Under the pieces are notes generated by a model. That model did no database searches. It was given only the letters and a program-made list of their open reading frames with translations, and was not told the origin of the DNA. Made by a program: the position numbers and the translations under genes. From Eledone cirrhosa (taxonomy: Eukaryota), in assembly GCA_964016885.1 (NCBI GenBank), contig OZ024744.1:47740001-47804000 (forward strand): 64,000 nt of DNA, in the 5' to 3' direction. Below, in pieces: positions 15,001-32,800 of the stretch (its first letter is position 1; each line of letters opens with the position of its first letter).

Positions 15001-17840
15001 GACTATCAAGACCAGAACACCAACCACATCACATTAGACTATCAAGACCAGAACACCAACCACATCACATTAGACCATCAAGACCAGAACACCAACCACA
15101 TCACATTAGACTATCAAGACCAGAACACCAACCACATCACATTAGACTATCAAGACCAGAACACCAACCACATTAGACTATCAAGTCCAGAACACCAACC
15201 ACATTAGACTATCAAGACCAGAACACCAACCACATTAGACTATCAAGACCAGAACACCAACCACATCACATAAGACTATCAAGACCAGAACATAAACCAC
15301 ATCACATTAGACTATCAAGACCAGAACACCAACCACATCACATTAGACTATCAAGACCAGAACACCAACCACATCACATTAGACTATCAAGACCAGAACA
15401 CTAACCACATTAGACTATCAAGACCAGAACACCAACCACATTAGACTATCAAGACCAGAACACCAACCACATTAGACTATCAAGACCAGAACACCAACCA
15501 CATTAGACTATCAAGACCAGAACTCCAACCACATTAGACTATCAAGACCAGAACACCAACCACATCACATTAGACTATCAAGACCAGAACACCAACCACA
15601 TTAGACTATCAAGACCAGAACACCAACAATATCATTTTAGACTATCAAGACCAGAACACCAACCACATTAGACTATCAAGACCAGAACACCAACAACATT
15701 AGACTATCAAGACCAGAACACCAACCACATCACATTAGACTATCAAGACCAGAACACCAACCACGTTAGACTATCAAGACCAGAACACCAACCACATCAC
15801 ATTTGACTATCAAGACCAGAACACCAACCACATCACATTAGACTATCAAGACCAGAACACAAACCACATCACATTAGACTATCAAGACCAGAACACCAAC
15901 CACATTACATTAGACTATCAAGACCAGAACACCAACCACATTAGACTATCAAGACCAGAACTCCAACCACATTAGACTATCAAGAGAAGAACACCAACCA
16001 CATCACATTAGACTATCAAGACCAGAACACCAACCACATTAGACTATCAAGACCAGAACTCCAACCACATTAGACTATCAAGACCAGAACACCAACAACA
16101 TTAGACTATCAACACCAGAACACCAACCACATTAGACTATCAAGACCAGAACTCCAACCACATTAGACTATCAAGACCAGAACACCAACCACATCACATT
16201 TGACTATCAAGACCAGAACACCAACCACATCACATTAGACTATCAAGACCAGAAAACCAACCACATCACATTAGACTATCAAGACCAGAACACCAACCAC
16301 ATCACATTAGACTATCAAGACCAGAACACCAACCACATTAGACTATCAAGACCAGAACACCAACCACATCACATTAGACTATCAAGACCAGAACACCAAC
16401 CACATTATACTATCAAGACCAGAACACCAACCACATTAGACTATCAAGACCAGAACACCAACCACATCACATTAGACTATCAAGACCAGAACACCAACCA
16501 CATTAGACTATCAAGACCAGAACACCAACCACATTAGACTATCAAGACCAGAACACCAACCACATTAGACTATCAAGACCAGAACACCAACCACATCACA
16601 TTAAACTATCAAGACCAGAACACCAACCACATTAGACTATCAAGACCAGAAGACCAACCACATTAGACTATCAAGACCAGAACACCAACCACATTAGACT
16701 ATCAAGACCAGAACACCAACCACATCACATTAGACTATCAAGACCAGAACACCAACCACATTAGACTATCAAGACCAGAACACCAACCACATCAGATAAG
16801 ACTATCCTGACCAGAACACCAACCACATCACATTAGATTATCAAGACCAGAACACCAACCACATCACATTAGACTGTCAAGACCAGAACACCAACCACAT
16901 TAGACTATCATGACCAGAACACCAACCACATTAGACTATCAAGACCATAACACCAACCACATCACATCAGACTATCAAGAGCAGAACACCAACCACATTA
17001 GACTATCAAGACCAGAACACCAACCACATTAGACTATCAAGACCAGAACACCAACCACATTAGACTATCAAGACCAGAACACCAACCACATTAGACTATC
17101 AAGACCAGAACACCAACCACATTAGACTATCAAGACCAGAACACCAACCACATTAGACTATCAAGACCAGAACACCAACCACATTAGACTATCAAGACCA
17201 GAACACCAACCACATCACATAAGACTATCAAGACCAGAACATAAACCACATCACATTAGACTATCAAGACCAGAACACCAACAACATCACATTAGACTAT
17301 CAAGACCAGAACACCACCCACATCACATTAGACTATCAAGACCAGAACACCAAACACATCACATTAGACTATCAAGACCAGAACACCAACCACATTAGAC
17401 TACCAAGACCAGAACACCAACCACATCACATTGGACTATTAAGACCAGAACACCAACCACATTAGACTATCAAGACCAGAACTCCAACCACATTAGACTA
17501 TCAAGACCAGAACACCAACCACATCACATTAGACTATCAAGACCATAACACCAACCACATTAGACTATCAAGACCATAACACCAACCACATTAGACTATC
17601 AAGACCAGAACAACAACTAGATCACATTAGACTATCAAGACCAGAACATCAACAATATCATTTTAGACTATCAAGACCAGAACACCAACATCATCACATT
17701 AGACTATCAAGACCAGAACACCAACCACATCACATTAGACTATCAAGACCAGAACACCAACCACATCACATTAGACTATCAAGACCAGAACACCAACCAC
17801 ATCACATTAGACTATCAAGACGTGAACACCAACCACATTA
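1..17840. repeat. Higher-order repeat copy A1 (~17.84 kb)
   Basis: Rare variants recur at +17,840: CACAATAGGC 251/18091, CATCAGATTA 2791/20631, AGATCT 4052/21892, AGATCACATT 7261/25101. Confidence 0.93.
5256..6493. repeat. Two consecutive 619-bp 19-monomer modules (13x31 + 6x36 bp); representative of a module that recurs throughout the array
   Basis: GCCTATCAAGAAC variant monomer starts at 5256, 5875 and 6494 (619 spacing), also 2048/2667 and 12049/12668. Monomer count for 5256-5874 gives S S L S L L L L, ten S, then L = 619 bp. Confidence 0.9.
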
Positions 17841-20800
17841 GACTATCAAGACCAGAACACCAACCACATTAGACTATCAAGACCAGAACACCAACCACAT
17901 TAGACTATCAAGACCAGAACACCAACCACATCACATTAGACTATCAAGACCAGAACACCAACCACATTAGATTTCAAGACCAGAACACCAACCACATTAT
18001 ACTATCAAGACCAGAACACCAACCACATCACATTAGAATATCAAGACCAGAACACCAACCACATTAGACTATCAAGACCAGAACACCAACCACAATAGGC
18101 TATCAAGACCAGAACACCAACCACATTAGACTATCAATAACAGAACACCAACCACATTAGACTATCAAGACAAGAACACCAACCACATTAGACTATCAAG
18201 AACAGAACACCAACCACATTAGACTATCAAGAACAGAACACCAACCACATTAGACTATCAAGACCAGAACACCAACCACATCACATTAGCCTATCAAGAA
18301 CAGAACACCAACCACATTAGACTATCAAGACCAGAACACCAACCACATTAGACTATCAAAACCAGAACACCAACCACATCACATTAGACTATCAAGACCA
18401 GAACACCAACCACATTAGACTATCAAGACCAGAACACCAACCACATCACATTAGAATATCCAGACCAGAACACCAACCATATCACATTAGACTATCAAGT
18501 CCTGAACACCAACAACATCACATTAGACTATCAAGACCAGAACACCAACAACATCACATTAGACTATCAAGACCAGAACACCAACCACATTAGACTATCA
18601 AGAACATAACACCAACAACATTAGACTATCAAGAACATAACACCAACCACATTAGACTATCAAGAACAGAACACCAACCACATTAGACTATCAAGAACAG
18701 AATACCAACCACATTAGACTATCAAGACCAGAACACCAACAACATCACATTAGCCTATCAAGAACAGAACACCAACCACATTAGACTATCAAGACCAGAA
18801 CACCAACCACATTAGACTATCAAGACCAGAACACCAACCACATCACATTAGACTATCAAGACCAGAACACCAACCACATTAGACTATCAAGACCAGAACA
18901 CCAACCACATCACATTAGAATATCAAGACCAGAACACCAACCACATCACATTAGACTATCAACACCAGAACACCAACAACATCACATTAGACTATCAAGA
19001 CCAGAACACCAACCACATTAGACTATCAAGAACATAACACCAGCAACATTAGACTATCAAGACCATAACACCAACCACATTAGACTATCAAGAACAGAAC
19101 ACCAACCACATTAGACTATCAAGACCAGAACACCAACAACAATAGACTATCAAGACCAGAACACCAACCACATTAGACTATCAAGAACAGAACACCAACC
19201 ATATTAGACTATCAAGACCAGAACACCAACCACATTAGACTATCAAGAACAGAACACCAACCACATTAGACTATCAAGAACAGAACACCAACCACATTAG
19301 ACTATCAAGACCAGAACAACAACCACATTAGACTATCAAGACCAGAACACCAACCACATCACATTAGACTATCAAGACCAGAACACCAACCACATTAGAC
19401 TATCAAGACCAGAACACCAACCACATCACATTAGACTATCAAGACCAGAACACCAACCACATCACATTAGACTATCAAGACCTGAACACCAACCACATCA
19501 CATTAGACTATCAAGACCAGAACACCAACAACATCACATTAGACTATCAAGACCAGAACACCAACCACATTAGACTATCAAGAACAGAACACCAACAACA
19601 TTAGACTATCAAGACCATAACACCAACCACATTAGACTATCAAGAACAGAACACCAACCACATTAGACTATCAAGACCAGAACACCAACAACAATAGACT
19701 ATCAAGACCAGAACACCAACCACATTAGACTATCAAGAACAGAACACCAACCACATTAGACTATCAAGACCAGACCACCAACCACATTAGACTATCAAGA
19801 ACAGAATACCAACCACATTAGACTATCAAGAACAGAACACCAACCACATTAGACTATCAATACCAGAACACCAACCACATCACATTAGCCTATCAAGAAC
19901 AGAACACCAACCACATTAGACTATCAAGACCAGAACACCAACCACATTAGACTATCAAAACCAGAACACCAACCACATCACATTAGACTATCAAGACCAG
20001 AACACCACCCACATTAGACTATCAAGACCAGAACACCAACCACATCACATTAGAATATCAAGACCAGAACACCAACCATATCACATTAGACTATCAAGAC
20101 CTGAACACCAACCACATCACATTAGACTATCAAGACCAGAACACCAACAACATCACATTAGACTATCAAGACCAGAACACAAACCACATTAGACTATCAA
20201 GAACATAACACCAACAACATTAGACTATCAAGACCATAACACCCACCACATTAGACTATCAAGAACAGAATACCAACCACATTAGACTATCAAGACCAGA
20301 ACACCAACAACAATAGACTATCAAGACCAGAACACCAACCACATTAGACTATCAAGAACAGAACACCAACCACATTAGACTATCAAGACCAGAACACCAA
20401 CCACATTAGACTATCAAGAACAGAACACCAACCACACTAGACTATCAAGAACAGAACACCAACCACATTAGTCTATCAAGACCAGAACACCAACCACATC
20501 ACATTAGCCTATCAAGAACAGAACACCAACCACATTAGACTATCAAGACCAGAACACCAACCACATTAGACTATCAAGACAAGAACACCAACCACATTAC
20601 ATTAGACTATCAAGACCAGAACACCAACCACATCAGATTAGACTATCCTGACCAGAACACCAACCACATTAGACTATCAAGAACAGAACTCCAACCACAT
20701 TACACTATCAAGACCAGAACACCAACCACATCACATTAGACTATCAAGACCAGAACACCAACCACATCACATTAGACTATCAAGACCAGAACACCAACCA

Positions 20801-23800
20801 CATTAGACTATCATGACCAGAACACCAACCACATTAGACTATCAAGACCATAACACCAACCACATCACATCAGACTATCAAGAGCAGAACACCAACCACA
20901 TTAGACTATCAAGACCAGAACACCAACCATATTAGACTATCAAGACCAGAACACCAACCACATTAGACTATCAAGACCAGAACACCAACCACATTAGACT
21001 ATCAAGACCAGAACACCAACCACATTAGACTATCAAGACCAGAACACCAACCACATTAGACTATCAAGACCAGAACACCAACCACATTAGACTATCAAGA
21101 CCAGAACACCAACCACATTAGACTATCAAAACCAGAACACCAACCACATCACATAAGACTATGAAGACCAGAACATAAACCACATCACATTAGACTATCA
21201 AGACCAGAACACCAACCACATCACATTAGACTATCAAGACCAGAACACCAACCACATCACATTAGACTATCAAGACCTGAACACCAACCACATCACATTA
21301 GACTATCAAGACCAGAACACCAACAACATCACATTAGACTATCAAGACCAGAACACCAACCACATTAGACTATCAAGAACAGAACACCAACAACATTAGA
21401 CTATCAAGACCATAACACCAACCACATTAGACTATCAAGAACAGAACACCAACCATATTAGACTATCAAGACCAGAACACCAACAACAATAGACTATCAA
21501 GACCAGAACACCAACCACATTAGACTATCAAGAACAGAACACCAACCACATTAGACTATCAAGACAAGAACACCAACCACATTAGAGTATAAAGAACAGA
21601 ACACCAACCACATTAGACTATCAAGAACAGAACACCAACCACATTAGACTATCAAGACCAGAACACCAACCACATCACATTAGCCTATCAAGAACAGAAC
21701 ACCAACCACATTAGACTATCAAGACCAGAACTCCAACCACATTAGACTATCAAAACCAGAACACCAACCACATCACATTAGACTATCAAGACCAGAACAC
21801 CAACCACATTAGACTATCAAGACCAGAACACCAACCACATCACATTAGAATATCCAGACCAGAACACCAACCATATCACATTAGACTATCAAGATCTGAA
21901 CACCAACCACATCACATTAGAATATCAAGACCAGAACACCAACAACATCACATTAGACTATCAAGACCAGAACACCAACCACATTAGACTATCAAGAACA
22001 TAACACCAACAACATTAGACTATCAAGACCAGAACACCAACAACATTAGACTATCAAGACCAGAACACCAACCACATTAGACTATCAAGAACAGAACACC
22101 AACCACATTAGACTATCAAGAACAGAACACCAACCACATTAGACTATCAAGACCAGAACACCAACAACATCACATTAGCCTATCAAGAACAGAACACCAA
22201 CCACATTAGACTATCAAGACCAGAACACCAACCACATTAGACTATCAAGACCAGAACACCAACCACATCACATTAGACTATCAATACCAGAACACCAACC
22301 ACATTAGACTATCAAGACCAGAACACCAACCACACCACATTAGAATATCAAGACCAGAACACCAACCACATCACATTAGACTATCAAGACCTGAACACCA
22401 ACCACATCACATTAGACTATCAACACCAGAACACCAGCAACATCACATTAGACTATCAAGACCAGAACACCAACCACATTAGACTATCAAGAACATAACA
22501 CCAGCAACATTAGACTATCAAGACCATAACACCAACCACATTAGACTATCAAGAACAGAACACCAACCACATTAGACTATCAAGACCAGAACACCAACCA
22601 CATTAGACTATCAAGACCAGAACACCAACCACATCACATTAGACTATCAAGACCAGAACACCAACCACATCACATTAGACTATCAAGACCTGAACACCAA
22701 CCACATCACATTAGACTATCAAGACCAGAACACCAACAACATCACATTAGACTATCAAGAACAGAACACCAACCACATTAGACTATCAAGAACAGAACAC
22801 CAACAACATTAGTCTATCAAGACCATAACACCAACCACATTAGACTATCAAGAACAGAACACCAACCACATTAGACTATCAAGACCAGAACACCAACAAC
22901 AATAGACTATCAAGACCAGAACACCAACCACATTAGAGTATCAAGAACAGAACACCAACCACATTAGACTATCAAGACCAGAACACCAACCACATTAGAC
23001 TATCAAGAACAGAAAACCAACCACATTAGACTATCAAGAACAGAACACCAACCACATTAGACTATCAAGACCAGAACACCAACCACATCACATTAGCCTA
23101 TCAAGAACAGAACACCAACCACATTAGACTATCAAGACCAGAACACCAACCACATTAGACTATCAAAACCAGAACACCAACCACATCACATTAGACTATC
23201 AAGACCAGAACAGCACCCACATTAGACTATCAAGACCAGAACACCAACCACATCACATTAGAATATCAAGACCAGAACACCAACCATATCACATTAGACT
23301 ATCAAGACCTGAACACCAACCACATCACATTAGACTATCAAGACCAGAACACCAACAACATCACATTAGACTATCAAGACCAGAACACCAACCACATTAG
23401 ACTATCAAGAACATAACACCAACAACATTAGACTATCAAGACCATAACACCAACCACATTAGACTATCAAGAACAGAATACCAACCACATTAGACTATCA
23501 AGACCAGAACACCAACAACAAAAGACTATCAAGACCAGAACACCAACCACATTAGACTATCAAGAACAGAACACCAACCACATTAGACTATCAAGACCAG
23601 AACACCAACCACATTAGACTATCAAGAACAGAACACCAACCACATTAGACTATCAAGAACAGAACACCAAACACATTAGACTATCAAGACCAGAACACCA
23701 ACCACATCACATTAGCCTATCAAGAACAGAACACCAACCACATTAGACTATCAAGACCAGAACACCAACCACATTAGACTATCAAGACAAGAACACCAAC

Positions 23801-26800
23801 CACATCACATTAGACTATCAAGACCAGAACACCAACCACATTAGACTATCAAGACCAGAACACCAACCACATCACATTAGAATATCAAAACCAGAACACC
23901 AACCACATCACATTAGACTATCAAAACCTGAACACCAACCACATCACATTAGACTATCAAGACCAGAACACCAACAACATCACATTAGACTATCAAGACC
24001 AGAACACCAACCACATTAGACTATCAAGAACAGAACACCAACAACATTAGACTATCAAGACCATAACACCAACCACATTAGACTATCAAGAACAGAACAC
24101 CAACCACATTAGACTATCAAGACCAGAACACCAACAACATTAGACTATCAAGACCAGAACACCAACCACATTAGACTATCAAGGACAGAACACCAACCAT
24201 ATTAGACTATCAAGACCAGAACACCAACCACATTAGACTATCAAGAACAGAACACCAACCACATTAGACTATCAAGAACAGAACACCAACCACATTAGAC
24301 TATCAAGACCAGAACACCAACCACATCACATTAGCCTATCAAGAACAGAACACCAACCACATTAGACTATCAAGACCAGAACACCAACCACATTAGACTA
24401 TCAAGAACAGAACACAAACCACATTAGACTATCAAGACCAGAACACCAACCACATTAGACTATCAAGACCAGAACACCAAACACATTACACTATCAAGAA
24501 CAGAACACCAACCACATTAGACTATCAAGAACAGAACACCAACCACATTAGACTATCAAGAACAGAACACCAACCACATTAGACTATCAAGACCAGAACA
24601 CCAACCACATTAGACTATCAAGAACAGAACACCAACCACATTAGACTATCAAGAACAGAACACCAACCACATTAGACTATCAAGAACAGAACACAAACCA
24701 CATTAGACTATCAAGACCAGAACATTAACAACATCACATAGTCTATCAAGACCAGAACACCAACAACATCACATTAGACTATCAAGACCAGAACACCACC
24801 CACATCACATTAGACTATCAAGACCAGAACACCAAACACATCACATTAGACTATCAAGACCAGAACACCAACCACATTAGACTACCAAGACCAGAACACC
24901 ATTCACATCACATTGGACTATTAAGACCAGAACACCAACCACATTAGACTATCAAGACCAGAACTCCAACCACATTAGACTATCAAGACCAGAACACCAA
25001 CCACATCACATTAGACTATCAAGACCATAACACCAACCACATTAGACTATCAAGACCATAACACCAACCACATTAGACTATCAAGACCAGAACAACAACT
25101 AGATCACATTAGACTATCAAGACCAGAACATCAACAATATCATTTTAGACTATCAAGACCAGAACACCAACATCATCACATTAGACTATCAAGACCAGAA
25201 CACCAACCACATCACATTAGACTATCAAGACCAGAACACCAACCACATCACATTAGACTATCAAGACCAGAACACCAACCACATCACATTAGACTATCAA
25301 GACGTGAACACCAACCACATTAGACTATCAAGACCAGAACACCAACCACATTAGACTATCAAGACCAGAACACCAACCACATTAGACTATCAAGACCAGA
25401 ACACCAACCACATCACATTAGACTATCAAGACCAGAACACCAACCACATTAGATTTCAAGACCAGAACACCAACCACATTATACTATCAAGACCAGAACA
25501 CCAACCACATCACATTAGAATATCAAGACCAGAACACCAACCACATTAGACTATCAAGACCAGAACACCAACCACATCACATTAGACTATCAAGAACAGA
25601 ACACCAACCACATCACATTAGACTATCAAGACCAGTACACCAACCACATCACATTAGACTATCAAGACCAGAACACCAACCACATCACATTAGACTATCA
25701 AGACGTGAACACCAACCACATTAGACTATCAAGACCAGAACACCAACAACATTAGACTATCAAGACCAGAACACCAACCACATTAGACTATCAAGACCAG
25801 AACACCAACCACATCACATTAGACTATCAAGACCAGAACACCAACAACATCACATTAGACTATCAAGACCATAACACCAACCATATTAGACTATCAAGAC
25901 CAGAACACCAACCACATCACATTAGACTATCAAGACCAGAACACCAACCACATTAGACTATCAAGACCAGAACACCAACCACATTAGACTATCAAGACCA
26001 GAACACCAACCACATCACATTAGAATATCAAGACCAGAACACCAACCACATTAGACTATCAAGACCAGAACACCAACCACATCACATTAGACTATCAAGA
26101 CCAGAACACCAACCACATTAGACTATCAAGAACAGAACACCAACCACATTAGACTATCAAGAACAGAACACCAACCACATTAGACTATCAATACCAGAAC
26201 ACCAACCACATCACATTAGACTATCAAGACCAGAACACTAACCACATTAGACTATCAAGACCAGAACACTAACAACATCACATAGTCTATCAAGACCAGA
26301 ACACCAACAACATCACATTAGACTATAAAGACCAGAACACCAACAACATCACATTAGACTATCAAGACCAGAACACCACCCACATCACATTAGACTATCA
26401 AAACCAGAACACCAAACACATCACATAAGACTATCAAGACCAGAACACCAACCACATTAGACTACCATGACCAGAACAACAACCACATCACATTAGACTA
26501 TTAAGACCAGAACACCAACCACATCACATTAGACTATCAAGACCAGAACACCAACCACATTAGACTATCAAGACCAGAACTCCAACCACATCACATTAGA
26601 CTATCAAGACCAGAACACCAACCACATTAGACTATCAAGACCAGAACACCAACCACATCACATTAGACTATCAAGACCAGAACACGAACCACATCACATT
26701 AGACTATCAAGACCAGAACACCAACCACATCACATTAGACTATCAAGACCATAACACCAACCACATTAGACTATCAAGACCATAACACCAACCACATTAG

Positions 26801-29800
26801 ACTATCAAGACCAGAACACCAACCACATTAGACTATCAAGACCAGAACACCAACCACATTAGACTATCAAGACCAGAACACCAACCACATCACATAAGAC
26901 TATCAAGACCAGAACATAAACCACATCACATTAGCCTATCAAGACCAGAACACCAACCACATCACATTAGACTATCAAGACCAGAACACCAACCACATCA
27001 CATTAGACCATCAAGACCAGAACACCAACCACATCACATTAGACTATCAAGACCAGAACACCAACCGCATCACATTAGACTATCAAGACCAGAACACCAA
27101 CCACATTAGACTATCAAGACCAGAACACCAACCACATTAGACTATCAAGACCAGAACACCAACCACATTAGACTATCAAGACCAGAACACCAACCACATC
27201 ACATAAGACTATCAAGACCAGAACATAAACCACATCACATTAGACTATCAAGACCAGAACACCAACCACATCACATTAGACTATCAAGACCAGAATACCA
27301 ACCACATCACATTAGACTATCAAGACCAGAACACTAACCCCATTAGACTATCAAGACCAGAACACCAACCACATTAGACTATCAAGACCAGAACACCAAC
27401 CACATTAAACTATCAAGACCAGAACACCAACCACATTAGACTATCAAGACCAGAACTCCAACCACATTAGACTATCAAGACCAGAACACCAACCACATCA
27501 CATTAGACTATCAAGACCAGAACACCAACCACATTAGACTATCAAGACCAGAACACCAACAATATCATTTTAGACTATCAAGACCAGAACACCAACCACA
27601 TTAGACTATCAAGACCAGAACACCAACAACATTAGACTATCAAGACCAGAACACCAACCACATCACATTAGACTATCAAGACCAGAACACCAACCACGTT
27701 AGACTATCAAGACCAGAACACCAACCACATCACATTAGCCTATCAAGAACAGAACACCAACCACATTAGACTATCAAGACCAGAACACCAACCACATTAG
27801 ACTATCAAAACCAGAACACCAACCACATCACATTAGACTATCAAGACCAGAACACCAACCACATTAGACTATCAAGACCAGAACACCAACCACATCACAT
27901 TAGAATATCCAGACCAGAACACCTACCATATCACATTAGACTATCAAGACCTGAACACCAACCACATCACATTAGACTATCAAGACCAGAACACCAACAA
28001 CATCACATTAGACTATCAAGACCAGAACACCAACCACATTAGACTATCAAGAACATAACACCAACAACATTAGACTATCAAGAACATAACACCAACCACA
28101 TTAGACTATCAAGAACAGAACACCAACCACATTAGTCTATCAAGAACAGAACACCAACCACATTAGACTATCAAGACCAGAGCACCAACAACATCACATT
28201 AGCCTATCAACAACAGAACACCAACCACATTAGACTATCAAGACCAGAACACCAACCACATTAGACTATCAAGACCAGAACACCAACCACATCACATTAG
28301 ACTATCAAGACCAGAACACCAACCACATTAGACTATCAACACCAGAACACCAACCACATCACATTAGAATATCAAGACCAGAACACCAACCACATCACAT
28401 TAGACTATCAAGACCTGAACACCAACCACATCACATTAGACTATCAAGACCAGAACACCAACCACATTAGACTATCAAGAACATAACACCAGCAACATTA
28501 GACTATCAAGACCATAACACCAACCACATTAGACTATCAAGAACAGAACACCAACCACATTAGACTATCAAGACCAGAACACCAACAACAATAGACTATC
28601 AAGACCAGAACACCAACCACATTAGACTATCAAGAACAGAACACCAACCACATTAGACTATCAAGACCAGAACACCAACCACATTAGACTATCAAGAACA
28701 GAACACCAACCACATTAGACTATCAAGAACAGAACACCAACCACATTAGACTATCAAGACCAGAACACCAACCACATTAGACTATCAAGACCAGAACACC
28801 AACCACATCACATTAGACTATCAAGACCAGAACACCAACCACATTAGACTATCAAGACCAGAACACCAACCACATCACATTAGACTATCAAGACCAGAAC
28901 ACCAACAACATCACATTAGACTATCAAGACCAGAACACCAACCACATTAGACTATCAAGAACAGAACACCAACAACATTAGACTATCAAGACCATAACAC
29001 CAACCACATTAGACTATCAAGAACAGAACACCAACCACATTAGACTATCAAGACCAGAACACCAACAACAATAGACTATCAAGACCAGAACACCAACCAC
29101 ATTAGACTATCAAGAACAGAACACCAACCACATTAGACTATCAAGACCAGAACACCAACCACATTAGACTATCAAGAACAGCAAACCAACCACATTAGAC
29201 TATCAAGAACAGAACACCAACCACATTAGACTATCAAGACCAGAACACCAACCACATCACATTAGCCTATCAAGAACAGAACACCAACCACATTAGACTA
29301 TCAAGACCAGAAGACCAACCACATTAGACTATCAAAACCAGAACACCAACCACATCACATTAGACTATCAAGACCAGAACAGCACCCACATTAGACTATC
29401 AAGACCAGAACACCAACCACATCACATTAGAATATCAAGACCAGAACACCAACCATATCACATTAGACTATCAAGACCTGAACACCAACCACATCACATT
29501 AGACTATCAAGACCAGAACACCAACAACATCACATTAGACTATCAAGACCAGAACACCAACCACATTAGACTATCAAGAACATAACACCAACAACATTAG
29601 ACTATCAAGACCATAACACCAACCACATTAGACTATCAAGAACAGAATACCAACCACATTAGACTATCAAGACCAGAACACCAACAACAAAAGACTATCA
29701 AGACCCGAACACCAACCACATTAGACTATCAAGAACAGAACACCAACCACATTAGACTATCAAGAACAGAACACCAACCACATTAGACTATCAAGAACAG

Positions 29801-32800
29801 AACACCAACCACATTAGACTATCAAGACCAGAACACCAACCACATCACATTAGCCTATCAAGAACAGAACACCAACCACATTAGACTATCAAGACCAGAA
29901 CACCAACCACATTAGACTATCAAGACAAGAACACCAACCACTTCACATTAGACTATCAAGACCAGAACACCAACCACATTAGACTATCAAGACCAGAACA
30001 CCAACCACATCACATTAGAATATCAAGACCAGAACACCAACCACATCACATTAGACTATCAAGACCTGAACACCAACCACATCACATTAGACTATCAAGA
30101 CCAGAACACCAACAACATCACATTAGACTATCAAGACCAGAACACCAACCACATTAGACTATCAAGAACAGAACACCAACAACATTAGACTATCAGGACC
30201 ATAACACCAACCACATTAGACTATCAAGAACAGAACACCAACCACATTAGACTATCAAGACCAGAACACCAACAACATTAGACTATCAAGACCAGAACAC
30301 CAACCACATTAGACTATCAAGGACAGAACACCAACCATATTAGACTATCAAGACCAGAACACCAACCACATTAGACTATCAAGAACAGAACACCAACCAC
30401 ATTAGACTATCAAGAACAGAACACCAACCACATTAGACTATCAAGACCAGAACACCAACCACATCACATTAGCCTATCAAGAACAGAACACCAACCACAT
30501 TAGACTATCAAGACCAGAACACCAACCACATTAGACTATCAAGAACAGAACACAAACCACATTAGACTATCAAGACCAGAACACCAACCACATTAGACTA
30601 TCAAGACCAGAACACCAAACACATTACACTATCAAGAACAGAACACCAACCACATTAGACTATCAAGAACAGAACACCAACCACATTAGACTATCAAGAA
30701 CAGAACACCAACCACATTAGACTATCAAGAACAGAACACCAACCACATTAGACTATCAAGACCATAACACCAACCACATTAGACTATCAAGACCATAACA
30801 CCAACCACATTAGACTATCAAGACCAGAACAACAACTAGATCACATTAGACTATCAAGACCAGAACATCAACAATATCATTTTAGACTATCAAGACCAGA
30901 ACACCAACAACATAACATTAGACTATCAAGACCAGAACACCAACCACATCACATTAGACTATCAAGACCAGAACACCAACCACATCACATTAGACTATCA
31001 AGACCAGAACACCAACCACATCACATTAGACTATCAAGACGTGAACACCAACCACATTAGACTATCAAGACCAGAACACCAACCACATTAGACTATCAAG
31101 ACCAGAACACCAACCACATTAGACTATCAAGACCAGAACACCAACCACATCACATTAGACTATCAAGACCAGAACACCAACCACATTAGATTTCAAGACC
31201 AGAACACCAACCACATTATACTATCAAGACCAGAACACCAACCACATCACATTAGAATATCAAGACCAGAACACCAACCACATTAGACTATCAAGACCAG
31301 AACACCAACCACATCACATTAGACTATCAAGAACAGAACACCAACCACATCACATTAGACTATGAAGACCAGTACACCAACCACATCACATTAGACTATC
31401 AAGACCAGAACACCAACCACATCACATTAGACTATCAAGACGTGAACACCAACCACATTAGACTATCAAGACCAGAACACCAACAACATTAGACTATCAA
31501 GACCAGAACACCAACCACATTAGACTATCAAGACCAGAACACCAACCACATCACATTAGACTATCAAGACCAGAACACCAACAACATCACATTAGACTAT
31601 CAAGACCATAACACCAACCATATTAGACTATCAAGGCCAGAACACCAACCACATCACATTAGACTATCAAGACCAGAACACCAACCACATTAGACTATCA
31701 AGACCAGAACACCAATCACATTAGACTATCAAGACCATAACACCAACCACATCACATTAGAATATCAAGACCAGAACACCAACCACATTAGACTATCAAG
31801 ACCAGAACACCAACCACATCACATTAGACTATCAAGACCAGAACACCAACCACATTAGACTATCAAGAACAGAACACCAACCACATTAGACTATCAAGAA
31901 AAGAACACCAACCACATTAGACTATCAAGACCAGAACACCAACCACATCACATTAGACTATCAAGACCAGAACACTAACCACATTAGACTATCAAGACCA
32001 GAACACTAACAACATCACATAGTCTATCAAGACCAGAACACCAACAACATCACATTAGACTATAAAGACCAGAACACCAACAACATCACATTAGACTATC
32101 AAGACCAGAACACCACCCACATCACATTAGACTATCAAAACCAGAACACCAAACACATCACATAAGACTATCAAGACCAGAACACCAACCACATTAGACT
32201 ACCATGACCAGAACAACAACCACATCACATTAGACTATTAAGACCAGAACACCAACCACATCACATTAGACTATCAAGACCAGAACACCAACCACATTAG
32301 ACTATCAAGACCAGAACTCCAACCACATCACATTAGACTATCAAGACCATAACACCAACCACATTAGACTATCAAGACCAGAACACCAACCACATTAGAC
32401 TATCAAGACCAGAACACCAACCACATCACATAAGACTATCAAGACCAGAACATAAACCACATCACATTAGACTATCAAGACCAGAACACCAACCACATTA
32501 GACTATCAAGACCAGAACACCAACCACATCACATTAGACTATCAAGACCAGAACACCAACCACATCACATTAGACTATCAAGACCAGAACACCAACCACA
32601 TCACATTAGACTATCAAGACCATAACACCAACCACATTAGACTATCAAGACCATAACACCAACCACATTAGACTATCAAGACCAGAACACCAACCACATT
32701 AGACTATCAAGACCAAAACACCAACCACATTAGACTATCAAGACCAGAACACCAACCACATCACATAAGACTATCAAGACCAGAACATAAACCACATCAC

